From an uncultured Actinomycetota bacterium (GTDB lineage: Bacteria; Actinomycetota; Actinomycetes; Actinomycetales; Dermatophilaceae): a stretch of DNA of 64,000 nt. The notes beneath the pieces were generated by a model. The model was not told the DNA's origin. It worked only from the letters and a program-made list of their open reading frames with translations, and searched no databases. The translations under genes and the position numbers were made by a program. Below, in pieces: positions 25,999 to 35,216 of the stretch (positions are counted from its first letter, which is position 1; each line of letters opens with the position of its first letter). The stretch spans positions 3,903 through 67,902 of the forward strand of contig CAVVXY010000004.1 of the NCBI GenBank assembly GCA_963752365.1, read 5' to 3'.

Positions 25999-27582
25999 TC
26001 AGACGAGGGCGTTCTCGAAGGCCCAGGCGGTCGCCGCGGCCCGGCTCGGGACGTCGAGCTTGCCGTAGATGTTGCTCAGGTGTCGCGCCACGGTCTTCTC
26101 CGAGAGGAAGAGCCGCTCGGCGATCGCCCGGTTGGAGGCTCCGGTCGCGAGGAGGCGGAGGACGTCGACCTCGCGCGGCGAGAGCGGGCCGGTCGAGCGG
26201 GGCGGGGCCGTGGCGTCGAGGAGAGCGAGGTCGGCCAGCGCCCCGAGGCGGGTCAGCTCGGCTCGTGCGGCACCCGACTCCATGCTCGCGGCCTCCGCGT
26301 CCCCCAGGGCGGCGCACGCGCGGGCGACGAGGCAGCGGGCTCGCGCGACCTCGTACGGCGCCCCCATCGACTGCCAGCCCGCGACGGCGGCGCGGAGCCG
26401 GGGGAGCGCGGCGGCCGGCTCGCCGTCGGCGAGCAGCAGCGCCCCGGTCCACTGGTCGCGGAGCGCGCGCAGGCACGCGGTGTCCCCGTCCCCGACGAGC
26501 CCGTCGAGCATCGCGTGGGCCGTGCGGGCGAGCTCGAGGTCGCCGGCGGCGAGGCCCACCTCGACCGCGGCGGCCGCGAGCACCGCGCGGGGCCGGCCGA
26601 TGACGTCGTCCTCGCCGAGGGCGCGACGCACGCCGGCGACCGCGACCGCAGCCTTGCCCTGCGCGAGGCGGAGCAGTCCGAGGCCGGGCTGGGGGTCGTG
26701 CCCGAGCTCGCCGGCCCGGGCGAACGCATTCTCCGCGTCCGTGAGGTCGCCGCGCAGCCGGGCGAGCTCGCCGAGGACGTAGTGGGCGCCGCCGAGGGAC
26801 GGCTCGTGGAATGCGGTGAGCCAGCGGCACGCGTCGTCGGCCTCGTTCGCGGCGGCGCCCCAGTCGCCGCGCCAGCGCAGGACCTCGGCACGGTGGACGA
26901 GGCAGGTGCCGCGGTAGGGCAGCATCCCCTCCTGGTCCTCGACCCAACGGCTCAGCGCGGCCGTCCACTCCTGGGCGCGCCGGAGGTCGAGTCGGCCGAT
27001 GCAGATCGACACGACCCCGCAGTAGGCGAGCCCGGCCACCTCCGGGTGCACCCGGCCGGCGACGACGTGGACCATGAGCTCGTCCATCGCCGCGGCCGCC
27101 TCGTCCGGGCGCCCGGACTCGTTGAGGCAGCGGGCCCGGCCGAGCATCCCGAGGGTGAAGCCGTCCACGTCGCCGGCCCGGTCGGCCCGGGCGATGGCGT
27201 CGTCGAAGACGGGCAGCGCCGCGGCCGGATCGCCGCCGAACATGATCCGCACGGCCTCGACCTGGGCGAGGAGGCCGCCGCTCGGGCCGTCGATCGCCTC
27301 GGGCGTCGCGAGCCGCCCGATCCGCTGCAGCCAACCGCGGGCCTGGGCGTGGTCGCCCCGGTTCTGCAGGTGGAAGCCGCACCAGAAGCCGCAGCGGAGG
27401 GCGGCGTCCTGGTCGCCGCGGTCGAGGTAGCCACGGAGGGCCCGCTCGCGGAGCGGCACGACCTCGTCCTCCAGACCGAGCAGCCCGGCCGCGACGGCGA
27501 GGCGCTCGAGGTCCTCGGGCGGGAGGGTCCCGTCCCGGTCGGCGCCGCTCAGCTCGGAATACTCCACACGCCAGTCGGCCAC
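25999..27582 (-). CDS. LuxR-family transcriptional regulator with TPR-like N-terminal region
   Basis: ORF 25999..27582, GTG start. C-terminal [46 protein letters not shown]. Confidence 0.8.
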   Translation of the reverse strand: MADWRVEYSELSGADRDGTLPPEDLERLAVAAGLLGLEDEVVPLRERALRGYLDRGDQDAALRCGFWCGFHLQNRGDHAQARGWLQRIGRLATPEAIDGPSGGLLAQVEAVRIMFGGDPAAALPVFDDAIARADRAGDVDGFTLGMLGRARCLNESGRPDEAAAAMDELMVHVVAGRVHPEVAGLAYCGVVSICIGRLDLRRAQEWTAALSRWVEDQEGMLPYRGTCLVHRAEVLRWRGDWGAAANEADDACRWLTAFHEPSLGGAHYVLGELARLRGDLTDAENAFARAGELGHDPQPGLGLLRLAQGKAAVAVAGVRRALGEDDVIGRPRAVLAAAAVEVGLAAGDLELARTAHAMLDGLVGDGDTACLRALRDQWTGALLLADGEPAAALPRLRAAVAGWQSMGAPYEVARARCLVARACAALGDAEAASMESGAARAELTRLGALADLALLDATAPPRSTGPLSPREVDVLRLLATGASNRAIAERLFLSEKTVARHLSNIYGKLDVPSRAAATAWAFENALV

Positions 27583-27588
27583 CGGACC

Positions 27589-27594
27589 AGCGTA
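27589..27594 (-). promoter_or_regulatory. -10 box TACGCT, leaderless promoter of the LuxR gene
   Basis: TACGCT on the minus strand, 6 nt upstream of GTG 27582. Confidence 0.4.
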
Positions 27595-27611
27595 CGACTG
27601 CGGCCCCGCAC

Positions 27612-27617
27612 TAGGTT
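27612..27617 (+). promoter_or_regulatory. -10 box TAGGTT, leaderless promoter
   Basis: TAGGTT lies 6 nt upstream of ATG 27624. Confidence 0.45.
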
Positions 27618-27623
27618 GCCGTC

Positions 27624-29009
27624 ATGAGCAGTGCGGCTCTCGACGAGCTCGTGGCCGCGGTCGGCGCCGAGCAGGTCCTCACCCGCGCCGCGTCGATGGA
27701 GGCCTACCGGCACGACTGGACCCACGACGCGAGCGCCGGGATGCCGCTCGCCGTCGTCCGCCCGACGAATGCCGAGCAGGTGCAGGCGACCGTCCGCTGG
27801 GCGGCGGGGCACGGCATTCCCATCGTCCCGCGCGGAGCCGGGTCGGGGCTGTCCGGTGGGTCGCTCGCCGTCGACGGCGCGATCACGCTGAGCCTGGACC
27901 GGATGGCCGCGGTCGAGGTCGACCCGCTGACCCGGACCGCGACCGTCGAGCCCGGGGCGCTCAACGCGGCCGTCAAGCGGGCGGCTGCGGAGCACGGTCT
28001 CTGGTACCCGCCGGACCCGAGCAGCTACGAGATCTGCTCGATCGGGGGCAACGTCGCGACCAACGCCGGCGGGCTCTGCTGCGTCAAGTACGGCGTGACG
28101 ACCGACTACGTCCTCGGGCTCGACGTCGTCCTCGTCGACGGCACCCTCGTGCGCCTCGGCGGACAGCGGCTCAAGGACGTCGCCGGCCTCTCGCTGACCA
28201 AGCTGTTCGTCGGGAGCGAGGGGACGCTCGGCATCGTGACCCGGGCGATCCTCCGGCTCGTCCCCACGCCGGACCGCCCGGCGACCCTCGTCGCGACCTT
28301 CCCCGACGTCGACTCCGCCGCCCGCGCCGTCGTCGCGATCGGCGGGCGGCTCCGGCCCTCGATGCTCGAGCTCATGGACAATGCGTCGGTCAACGCCGTC
28401 GAGGACCACCTCCGGATGGGCCTGGACCGCGAGGCCGGCGCGCTCCTCCTCGCCCAGTCCGATGCGCCCGGTGCCGCCCGGTCGGTCGAGGTCGGCGTCA
28501 TGGACGAGCTCTGCCGCGCCGCCGGTGCGAGCGAATGCGTGTCCACCGACGACCCCGACGAGGGCGAGATGTTCGTCGCGGCCCGGCGGGCCGCATTCCC
28601 CGCGATCGAGAAGCTCGGCAGCCTGCTCCTCGAGGACGTCGGCGTCCCCGTGCCACGGCTGCCCGAGCTGCTCCGCGGCGTGGCCGAGATCGCGGCGCGC
28701 AACGACGTCCGGATCCCCGTCGTCGCCCACGCGGGCGACGGCAACACCCACCCGATCATCGTCACGCCCGCCGGCGACGAGGCGGCCGCTGGGCGGGCGC
28801 GGACGGCGTTCGGCGAGATCATGGCGCTCGCGATCGGGCTCGGCGGGACGATCACCGGCGAGCACGGCGTCGGCCGGCTCAAGCGGGCCGCGCTCCCGGA
28901 CCAGCTCGGGGAGGATGTCATGGCCCTCACGCGTCGGATCAAGGACGCGCTCGACCCGGCCGGTCTGCTCAACCCGGGCGCCGTCCTCGAGCCACCTCGG
29001 ACGGGCTGA
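27624..29009 (+). CDS. FAD-linked oxidase (GlcD / D-lactate dehydrogenase family)
   Basis: ORF 27624..29009. FAD-binding PCMH pattern PIVPRGAGSGLSGG and C-terminal GTITGEHGVGRLKR. Confidence 0.85.
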   Translation: MSSAALDELVAAVGAEQVLTRAASMEAYRHDWTHDASAGMPLAVVRPTNAEQVQATVRWAAGHGIPIVPRGAGSGLSGGSLAVDGAITLSLDRMAAVEVDPLTRTATVEPGALNAAVKRAAAEHGLWYPPDPSSYEICSIGGNVATNAGGLCCVKYGVTTDYVLGLDVVLVDGTLVRLGGQRLKDVAGLSLTKLFVGSEGTLGIVTRAILRLVPTPDRPATLVATFPDVDSAARAVVAIGGRLRPSMLELMDNASVNAVEDHLRMGLDREAGALLLAQSDAPGAARSVEVGVMDELCRAAGASECVSTDDPDEGEMFVAARRAAFPAIEKLGSLLLEDVGVPVPRLPELLRGVAEIAARNDVRIPVVAHAGDGNTHPIIVTPAGDEAAAGRARTAFGEIMALAIGLGGTITGEHGVGRLKRAALPDQLGEDVMALTRRIKDALDPAGLLNPGAVLEPPRTG

Positions 29010-29021
29010 CAGAGTGGGCGA

Positions 29022-29933
29022 ATGCCCACCGTCCCCGTCCCGCCGGCCTTCGCCGCGTCGATCTCGGGCCGGGACCCGGAGCCCTACGTCTCCGGTGACG
29101 ACTGGCTGCGCACACTCCCCGGGCTCGTCGACGGGCACCTCGCCGAGTGGGGCCTTGGCGTCGACGGAGAGCCGTGGTTCGGCGAGTGCGCGCTCGTCGT
29201 CCCGGTCCGCCGAGGACGCGACGCGTTCGCCCTCAAGCTGACCTGGCCGCACGCGGAGGCCGAGCAGGAGCACCTCGCGCTCCGCGCATGGAACGGCCGC
29301 GGGGCTGCGCGGCTCGTCGCCGCCGACCCGGCCGCCTTCACGATGCTCCTGGAGCGGCTCGACGGCGACACGGATCTGACGTCCGTGTCCGTGCTCGAGG
29401 CGTGCGAGGTCATCGGCGGCCTCTTCCGCCGCCTGGACCAGCCGGCCCTCCCCCAGCTGCCGCGGCTCTCAGTCCAGGCCGGGCATTGGGCCGAGCAGCT
29501 CGCGAGCCCACCCGCGGCGCTCCCGCGCCGCCTCGCGACCCAGGCGCGCTCGCTCGTCGCCGACCTCGTCGGGGACGGTGACCGAGATACCCGGCTCGTG
29601 CATTCGGACCTCCACTATGCGAACGTCCTTGCGGGGCAACGGGAGCCGTGGCTGGCGATCGACCCCAAGCCGATGGCGGCCGAGTGGGCGTATGCCGTCG
29701 CGCCGGCCGTCTGGAACCGGGCCGACGAGGCGGCGCGGGCGCACAACCTCCGCCTCCACCTCCGGCTGCGCGCGGACGTCGTCGCCGAGGCGGCCGGGCT
29801 CGATGAGGACCGGGTCCGCGCGTGGACCTTCGTCCGGCTCGTCGTCAACGCCCTCTGGGCCAGCGCGCACCTGCCGGACTCGGCGGAGTTCCACGGCCGG
29901 ATGATCGCGGGTGCGAAGGCATTCGCCGACTGA
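29022..29933 (+). CDS. aminoglycoside phosphotransferase-like kinase, APH(6)/StrA-type
   Basis: ORF 29022..29933, 12 nt after the previous stop. LVHSDLHYANVL catalytic loop and WLAIDPKP motif. Confidence 0.7.
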   Translation: MPTVPVPPAFAASISGRDPEPYVSGDDWLRTLPGLVDGHLAEWGLGVDGEPWFGECALVVPVRRGRDAFALKLTWPHAEAEQEHLALRAWNGRGAARLVAADPAAFTMLLERLDGDTDLTSVSVLEACEVIGGLFRRLDQPALPQLPRLSVQAGHWAEQLASPPAALPRRLATQARSLVADLVGDGDRDTRLVHSDLHYANVLAGQREPWLAIDPKPMAAEWAYAVAPAVWNRADEAARAHNLRLHLRLRADVVAEAAGLDEDRVRAWTFVRLVVNALWASAHLPDSAEFHGRMIAGAKAFAD

Positions 29934-29945
29934 GGCAGCCCGTCC

Positions 29946-29991
29946 TGCGTCCGCGTGAAACGCCCCTATAGCGGCGTTTCACGCGGACGCA
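29946..29991 (+). terminator. 19-bp perfect hairpin after the kinase gene
   Basis: TGCGTCCGCGTGAAACGCC, an 8-nt loop, then GGCGTTTCACGCGGACGCA. Starts 12 nt after the stop at 29933. No clear U-tract. Confidence 0.6.
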
Positions 29992-29999
29992 ACGAGCCC

Positions 30000-30005
30000 T
30001 ATCGT
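30000..30005 (+). promoter_or_regulatory. -10 box TATCGT, leaderless promoter in front of ATG 30012
   Basis: TATCGT lies 6 nt upstream of ATG 30012, which is in frame with the MFS ORF. Confidence 0.45.
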
Positions 30006-30116
30006 GGAGGCATGCACGAGCCTTGAGCCGCCACCGTCCGTGACCTGACGATCCGCGCCTCGATCGTCTCGGGACTGCGGGAGTCCGCACCGATCCTCGG
30101 GATCTACGCGCTCTAC

Positions 30117-31193
30117 ATGCGCGACGACGGACTGTCGCCCGGGCAGTTCGCGACGGCCCTGGTCGTCTGGTCGGTCGCCGGCTTCGTGCTCGAGGTCCCG
30201 TCCGGCGCGCTCGCCGACCGGGTCGACCGTCGCCGGCTGCTCCTGATCTCCGGCCTGCTCTACGTCGGCGTCTTCGTCACCTGGGCGGTCTGGCCCACGA
30301 CGGGCGGCTTCGTCCTCGGCTTCGTCCTCTGGGGCGCCTCGTCGGCGCTCGAGTCCGGGACCTTCGAGGCCTTGCTCCACGACGAGCTGTCCGCTCGGGG
30401 CGCCGGCGACGGCTACGGGCGGGTCCGCTCCCGGAGCCGGGCGGTGGCGACCATCGCCCTCGCCCTGGGCATCGCGGCCGGAGGGCCGCTCCATGCCGCC
30501 GGGGGCTACCGGCTCGTGCTCGCCGTCAGCATCGTGGCCGCGGTCGGGTACACCCTGTCCGTGCTGGTCCTGCCGCGAGCCACCGCCGTCGACGACGTCC
30601 AGGACCCCGGCACCTACCTCGACACCCTCCGGGCCGGCGTGGGGGAGGCGCTCGGGCGACCGGTGCTGCGCCGGATCCTGCTCGCCTACATGGCGGTCAT
30701 CGTGGTCGTCGGCGTCGACGAGTACGTCCCGAACCTGTTGTCCGACAACGGGATCGACACGACGTCTGTCGCCCTCCTCCTCGGCGTCATGGTCGTCGCC
30801 GAAGCCGTCGGGGCCCTGGTCGCCGATCACCTCGCCCATGCGGAGAATGCCGCGACCGCGGCAGCCGTCCCGGTCGCGGGGGCCGCCCTCATCGGTGGCG
30901 GCGCCCTCCTCGGACCGGTCGCGACCGCATTCGGCGTCATCGTCGGCTACGGACTCGTCGCCGCCCAGATGGTCGCCATGGACATCCGGCTCCAGGACTC
31001 GATCGAGGGCCGGTCGCGGGCGACGGTCACCTCGGTCATGGGGCTGGCCAACGAGACCGCGTCGATCACGAGCTTCGCGCTCTTCGGCGCGGCGGCGGCC
31101 GGCGGCGACTGGGGGCAGGGGATCGGCGTCGTCGCGTTGGCCGCGGCGGCACCCATCGGGCTCGCCGGGTGGCGAGCGGCTCGGACCCGCTGA
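30117..31193 (+). CDS. MFS transporter; longest uninterrupted ORF, N-terminus apparently cut off by an in-frame TGA at 30024
   Basis: ORF 30117..31193. LEVPSGALADRVDRRRLL loop motif. Coding-like sequence continues in frame upstream to 30027. See findings. Confidence 0.7.
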   Translation: MRDDGLSPGQFATALVVWSVAGFVLEVPSGALADRVDRRRLLLISGLLYVGVFVTWAVWPTTGGFVLGFVLWGASSALESGTFEALLHDELSARGAGDGYGRVRSRSRAVATIALALGIAAGGPLHAAGGYRLVLAVSIVAAVGYTLSVLVLPRATAVDDVQDPGTYLDTLRAGVGEALGRPVLRRILLAYMAVIVVVGVDEYVPNLLSDNGIDTTSVALLLGVMVVAEAVGALVADHLAHAENAATAAAVPVAGAALIGGGALLGPVATAFGVIVGYGLVAAQMVAMDIRLQDSIEGRSRATVTSVMGLANETASITSFALFGAAAAGGDWGQGIGVVALAAAAPIGLAGWRAARTR

Positions 31194-31245
31194 TCCGTCC
31201 GCCCTGAGCCTTGCCCGACGTGGCGCGGCGCGATGGGATGGGTCC

Positions 31246-32886
31246 ATGTCACCGGAGACCATCGTGCAGCCGTCCCACACCGTCGGCGACACCGAGCCGC
31301 CGCTGCTCGAGGAGACGATCCCGGACAACCTCGACGCGACGATCGCGCGCTTCGGCGACCGCGACGCGCTCGTCGACGTGGCCCAGGGCATTCGGTGGAC
31401 GTACGCGGAGTTCGGCGCGCAGGTCGACCGCGTCGCCCGGGCCTGCGTCGCGGCCGGTCTCGCCCCGGGCGACCGCGCGGGCATCTGGGCGCCGAACCTC
31501 GCCGAGTGGACGGTCGTCCAGTACGCGACCGCCAAGGTCGGCGTCGTCCTCGTCAACATCAACCCCGCCTACCGGACCCACGAGCTCAGGTACGTCCTCG
31601 ACCAGGCCGGCGTCTCCGTCCTCTTCGCCGTCGAGCGGTTCCGGACGAGCGACTATGCGGCAATGGTCGAGGAGGTGCGCGACGAATGCCCGCAGCTGCG
31701 CGACGTCCTCTTCTTCGGCGCGGCCGGGTGGGAGGCATTCCTCGAGCGGGGCGACCGGGAGGCGACCGACGCGCAGGTCCGCGAGGTGCAGGCGGGGCTG
31801 TCACCGGACGACGCGATCAACATCCAGTACACGAGCGGCACGACGGGCTTCCCCAAGGGCGCGACTCTGTCGCACCGCAACATCCTCAACAACGGCTACC
31901 TCGTCGGGGAGATCTGCCACTACACCGAGGCCGACCGGGTCTGCATCCCCGTGCCGTTCTACCACTGCTTCGGGATGGTCATGGGCAACCTCGCGTGCAC
32001 GACGCACGGCGCCTGCATGGTCATCCCGGCGCCGGGCTTCGACCCGGCGCTGACGCTGCAGGCGACGCAGGACGAGCGGGTCACCAGCCTCTACGGCGTC
32101 CCGACGATGTTCATCGCGGAGTGGGCGCTGCCGAACTTCGCGGACTTCGACCTCACCAGCGTGCGGACCGGCATCATGGCCGGATCTCCCTGTCCCGCAA
32201 CGATGATGACCAGGCTCATCGAGGCGGGCATCGACGAGATGACGATCTGCTACGGCATGACGGAGACCTCACCGGTGTCGACGCAGACAAGGACCGACGA
32301 CTCCTTCGAGCGCAAGGTCGGGACGGTCGGTCGCGTCTGCCCGCACCTGGAGATCAAGGTCGTCGACCCGGTGTCCGGTGAGACCATGCCCCGCGGTGAG
32401 GCGGGGGAGTTCTGCACCAAGGGGTACTCGGTCATGCTCGGCTACTGGGAGCAGCCGGACACGTCGGCGGAGGTCCTCGTCGACGGGTGGATGCACACCG
32501 GCGACCTCGCGGTCATGGACGAGACCGGCTACGTCCAGATCACCGGGCGGATCAAGGACATGGTCATCCGCGGCGGCGAGAACGTCTACCCGCGCGAGAT
32601 CGAGGAGTTCCTCTACACGCACCCGGACATCCTCGATGCGCAGGTCATCGGCGTCCCGGACGAGAAGTACGGCGAGGAGCTGTGCGCCTGGATCCGGATG
32701 CGCGACGGCGCGGCGCCGCTCGACGCGGCGGCGGTCAAGGCGTTCGCCACCGGCAGGCTCGCGCACTACAAGATCCCGCGCTACGTCCGGATCGTCGAGG
32801 AGTTCCCGATGACGGTGACCGGCAAGGTCCGCAAGGTCGAGATGCGCGAGGAGACGACCCGGGAGCTCGGGCTCGGCGGCGGCTGA
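31246..32886 (+). CDS. AMP-dependent acyl-CoA synthetase/ligase (FadD-like)
   Basis: Internal ATG 31246 of ORF 30493..32886. Motifs YTSGTTGFPKGA, TGDLAVMDETGYVQITGRIKD and GKVRK. Confidence 0.9.
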   Translation: MSPETIVQPSHTVGDTEPPLLEETIPDNLDATIARFGDRDALVDVAQGIRWTYAEFGAQVDRVARACVAAGLAPGDRAGIWAPNLAEWTVVQYATAKVGVVLVNINPAYRTHELRYVLDQAGVSVLFAVERFRTSDYAAMVEEVRDECPQLRDVLFFGAAGWEAFLERGDREATDAQVREVQAGLSPDDAINIQYTSGTTGFPKGATLSHRNILNNGYLVGEICHYTEADRVCIPVPFYHCFGMVMGNLACTTHGACMVIPAPGFDPALTLQATQDERVTSLYGVPTMFIAEWALPNFADFDLTSVRTGIMAGSPCPATMMTRLIEAGIDEMTICYGMTETSPVSTQTRTDDSFERKVGTVGRVCPHLEIKVVDPVSGETMPRGEAGEFCTKGYSVMLGYWEQPDTSAEVLVDGWMHTGDLAVMDETGYVQITGRIKDMVIRGGENVYPREIEEFLYTHPDILDAQVIGVPDEKYGEELCAWIRMRDGAAPLDAAAVKAFATGRLAHYKIPRYVRIVEEFPMTVTGKVRKVEMREETTRELGLGGG

Positions 32887-32892
32887 GCCGAG

Positions 32893-32909
32893 CGCATTCG
32901 GCGAATGCG
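32893..32909. terminator. 17-bp palindrome CGCATTCG-G-CGAATGCG filling the gap between convergent genes
   Basis: Lies between the stops at 32886 (+) and 32911 (-). Made of an inverted pair of the over-represented GAATGC word. Confidence 0.45.
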
Positions 32910-32910
32910 G

Positions 32911-33372
32911 TCAGCGCGCGGGCTTGTCGCTCACGTAGATCGTGATCTTCCCCTCGACGACGACGGTGCCGTCGGTGCGCACGGCCTTGACCCGGACCGC
33001 GACGTCGCCGGTCTGCTCCCAGTCAGCCGGGTCGGTGTCGGCGACGCAGAGGAGATCCGTCGTCGACTTCGCGAGGTAGGAGACCTGCATTCCGCGGGGG
33101 ATCCAGCGGCGGCCCGGCGGCGTCGTCGCCTCGGCGAGGAGCCCCATGGCCGCCTCGAGCCCGTTGCAGACCGCGATCGCATGGACGGTCCCGATGTGGT
33201 TGTGGACCGCGCGCCGCTTGCGGATCGTCAGCTCCGCGTGGTTCGGCCGGACCTCCCGGACCTGCGGGCGCACCGTGGCGAAGTAGGGCGCCGCCTGGCT
33301 GAAGGCGATCGAGAAGGCGCGCTTGCCGAGCGGGCGGGCGGCGAGTCGCTGGTAGAGCGCGTAGGTGTCCAC
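32911..33372 (-). CDS. hotdog-fold thioesterase-like protein (DUF4442/PaaI-like)
   Basis: ORF 32911..33372, GTG start. HNHIGTVHAIAVCNGLEAAMG core typical of the PaaI/DUF4442 hotdog fold. Confidence 0.7.
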   Translation of the reverse strand: MDTYALYQRLAARPLGKRAFSIAFSQAAPYFATVRPQVREVRPNHAELTIRKRRAVHNHIGTVHAIAVCNGLEAAMGLLAEATTPPGRRWIPRGMQVSYLAKSTTDLLCVADTDPADWEQTGDVAVRVKAVRTDGTVVVEGKITIYVSDKPAR

Positions 33373-33378
33373 GGGCTC

Positions 33379-33395
33379 ATGTTACCCATGGGTAA
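33379..33395 (-). promoter_or_regulatory. -10 box TAACAT (leaderless) overlapped by the perfect palindrome TTACCCATGGGTAA
   Basis: TAACAT (33384..33379, minus strand) lies 6 nt before GTG 33372. A 14-bp perfect palindrome at 33382-33395 overlaps it. Confidence 0.5.
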
Positions 33396-33513
33396 GGCGT
33401 GTGGGGCGGGCCCTCTGGGCGCGGATGCGGGAGGTGATCCGGCCTGCCCGACCGGCCCGCCCCGCTAGGTTTGGGGCAACGCACACCCTCCGAGCTCCCA
33501 GGGAGTCACCCCG

Positions 33514-35190
33514 ATGAAGTGGATCCTGATCGCCCTCGTCCTGCTCGCCCTCGCCTTCATCGTCTACGCGGCGGCCGGCCGGCGCGGCACGAATGCGGGG
33601 CGCGAGGCCGCCTCGGACCTGCGGGGGGACCTCGCACCCCCGAGTCGCACGGCGTCCGAGCCGACGCCGCCGGCCGTCGTCGCCTCGGGTGCGGACACCG
33701 ACGTGGTCGACGATCGCGCGACGATCTTCGACGCCCCGGTCCGCGCGGACGAACCCGTCGCGGCCGATGAGCCCGATGCAGTACCGGCGACCGCCGAACC
33801 GGCGGCCGCGGAGTCGACCGAGCCTGAGGAGGGCGAGATGTTTGGTTGGGGCAAGGACAAGAAGGACGAGGCGCCGGAGCACGACGAGGCGCAGGACGTC
33901 GTCGTCGCGGACGAGGGTCGGCACGACGACTACGTGCCCCGCCGGGGCGCCGGGATCGACGACGCCGAGGGAGCCGCGGATGGCGGCGGGGACGCCGTGG
34001 AGGACGCTGACGGCGCCGTCGACCAGCCGTCGTGGACGACGTCGGCCCACGACCCCGACCACACGGTGCCGGAGGAGCGGACCGACGGCGAGCGGACGAC
34101 CTTCGACGACGACGTGACGACGACCGCCGAGGAGGACCGGACCGCCGAGTCCCACGAGGGCGCCTTCGACGCCGACGGCGGTGACGACGTCGTGACGGAC
34201 GCGCCCGCCGATGAGGCCGACGGCATCGCCGGTGACGAGGGCGAGGGCGCGGCGGACCTTCGCGAGGAGCACGCTGCCGACGACACCGAAACCTCGGCCA
34301 ATGCCGACACCGACGACTCGCCTTCTGACGACTGGGCAGCCACCGACCAGGACGCGACCGCCGCCGACGCGAGTGAGGAGACGGCAGCGTCCGGCGAGGG
34401 CGGTGAGCCGTCGTCGGGCGACGAGGCAGCGAGCGGCGACCCCACGGTCGACTCCGACGACGTCGGGGTCGAGCCGGGGCAGGCGTCCGAGGAGGACGAG
34501 GCTGCCGCGGCGGAGCGTGGGTCCGACGAGGCCTACGAGGCAGGTCAGCAGTCGGCCGGCGGCGAGACCCGGGACGACGACGCCCTCGAGGGGGCCTCGG
34601 ACGGCAGCGTCGGCTCGGGGGCCATGGCCCCCGCGCCGGCGGCTGGGTCCGACGACGGGTCCGCTGACGACACTGCTGCCGACGACGCGCCCGCCGACGA
34701 CGCGCCCGCCGACGACGCGCCCGCCGCCGACGACGCCCCGGGCGAGGACGTCACGACCGACGCGAGCTCCGATGCCGACGCAGGCGCCGACCATGAGGCC
34801 GAAGGTGCAGGCTCCTCCGACGAGGGTCTGTCGACCGAGGAGGCCGACTCCAGCGAGTTCCGTCAGCGGGGCGACTGGGTCGCCGACGAGGACGGTCCGG
34901 AGATCCAGAGCGCCGATGGCACCGCCGACGGGTCGTCCGACGGTGGAGACGGCGCCGGGTGGACGCGCCGGACGAGCGAGCTCGACGAGGTCACCGACGG
35001 CGGCTACGGGGTCGGCTCCGCTGCGACCCTCGAGGACCGCGCCATGCCCCTCGGCCACCCGGTCAAGGCGTGGGAGGACACCAAGACCTTCGTCGACGAG
35101 TCCCACCCGGCCTACGAGGACGCCGAGCCGCACGTCTGGTTCAGCGACAACGACGCCGCCGAGAGCGCGGGCTTCCGCCGCGTCGACTGA
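33514..35190 (+). CDS. N-terminally anchored, extremely acidic low-complexity protein with a short conserved-looking C-terminal module
   Basis: ORF 33514..35190, with GGGAG before the ATG. One TM helix (WILIALVLLALAFIVYAAA), about 460 aa rich in Asp/Glu/Ala/Gly, and a C-terminus of GHPVKAWEDTKTFVDESHPAYEDAEPHVWFSDNDAAESAGFRRVD. Confidence 0.7.
   Translation: MKWILIALVLLALAFIVYAAAGRRGTNAGREAASDLRGDLAPPSRTASEPTPPAVVASGADTDVVDDRATIFDAPVRADEPVAADEPDAVPATAEPAAAESTEPEEGEMFGWGKDKKDEAPEHDEAQDVVVADEGRHDDYVPRRGAGIDDAEGAADGGGDAVEDADGAVDQPSWTTSAHDPDHTVPEERTDGERTTFDDDVTTTAEEDRTAESHEGAFDADGGDDVVTDAPADEADGIAGDEGEGAADLREEHAADDTETSANADTDDSPSDDWAATDQDATAADASEETAASGEGGEPSSGDEAASGDPTVDSDDVGVEPGQASEEDEAAAAERGSDEAYEAGQQSAGGETRDDDALEGASDGSVGSGAMAPAPAAGSDDGSADDTAADDAPADDAPADDAPAADDAPGEDVTTDASSDADAGADHEAEGAGSSDEGLSTEEADSSEFRQRGDWVADEDGPEIQSADGTADGSSDGGDGAGWTRRTSELDEVTDGGYGVGSAATLEDRAMPLGHPVKAWEDTKTFVDESHPAYEDAEPHVWFSDNDAAESAGFRRVD
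34681..34740 (+). repeat. 15-bp tandem repeat GACGACGCGCCCGCC x3 plus a degenerate fourth copy (encodes DDAPA repeats)
   Basis: Three exact copies at 34681-34725, followed by GCCGACGACGCCCCG. Confidence 0.8.
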
Positions 35191-35216
35191 GTCCCGAGGA
35201 CCCTCCACTCCTCGAT

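Noticed and set aside
29022-29933. APH(6)-like kinase as a horizontally acquired antibiotic-resistance island.
   Set aside because: Composition, codon style and GAATGC density match the surroundings. No mobile-element genes or repeats flank it, and it is coupled to the upstream oxidase gene. It looks like an ordinary chromosomal kinase of this family.
30024-30026. In-frame TGA of the MFS gene as a selenocysteine or programmed read-through codon.
   Set aside because: There is no SECIS-like hairpin immediately downstream and no reason for Sec at residue 5 of a transporter. A nonsense mutation or an alternative start is simpler.
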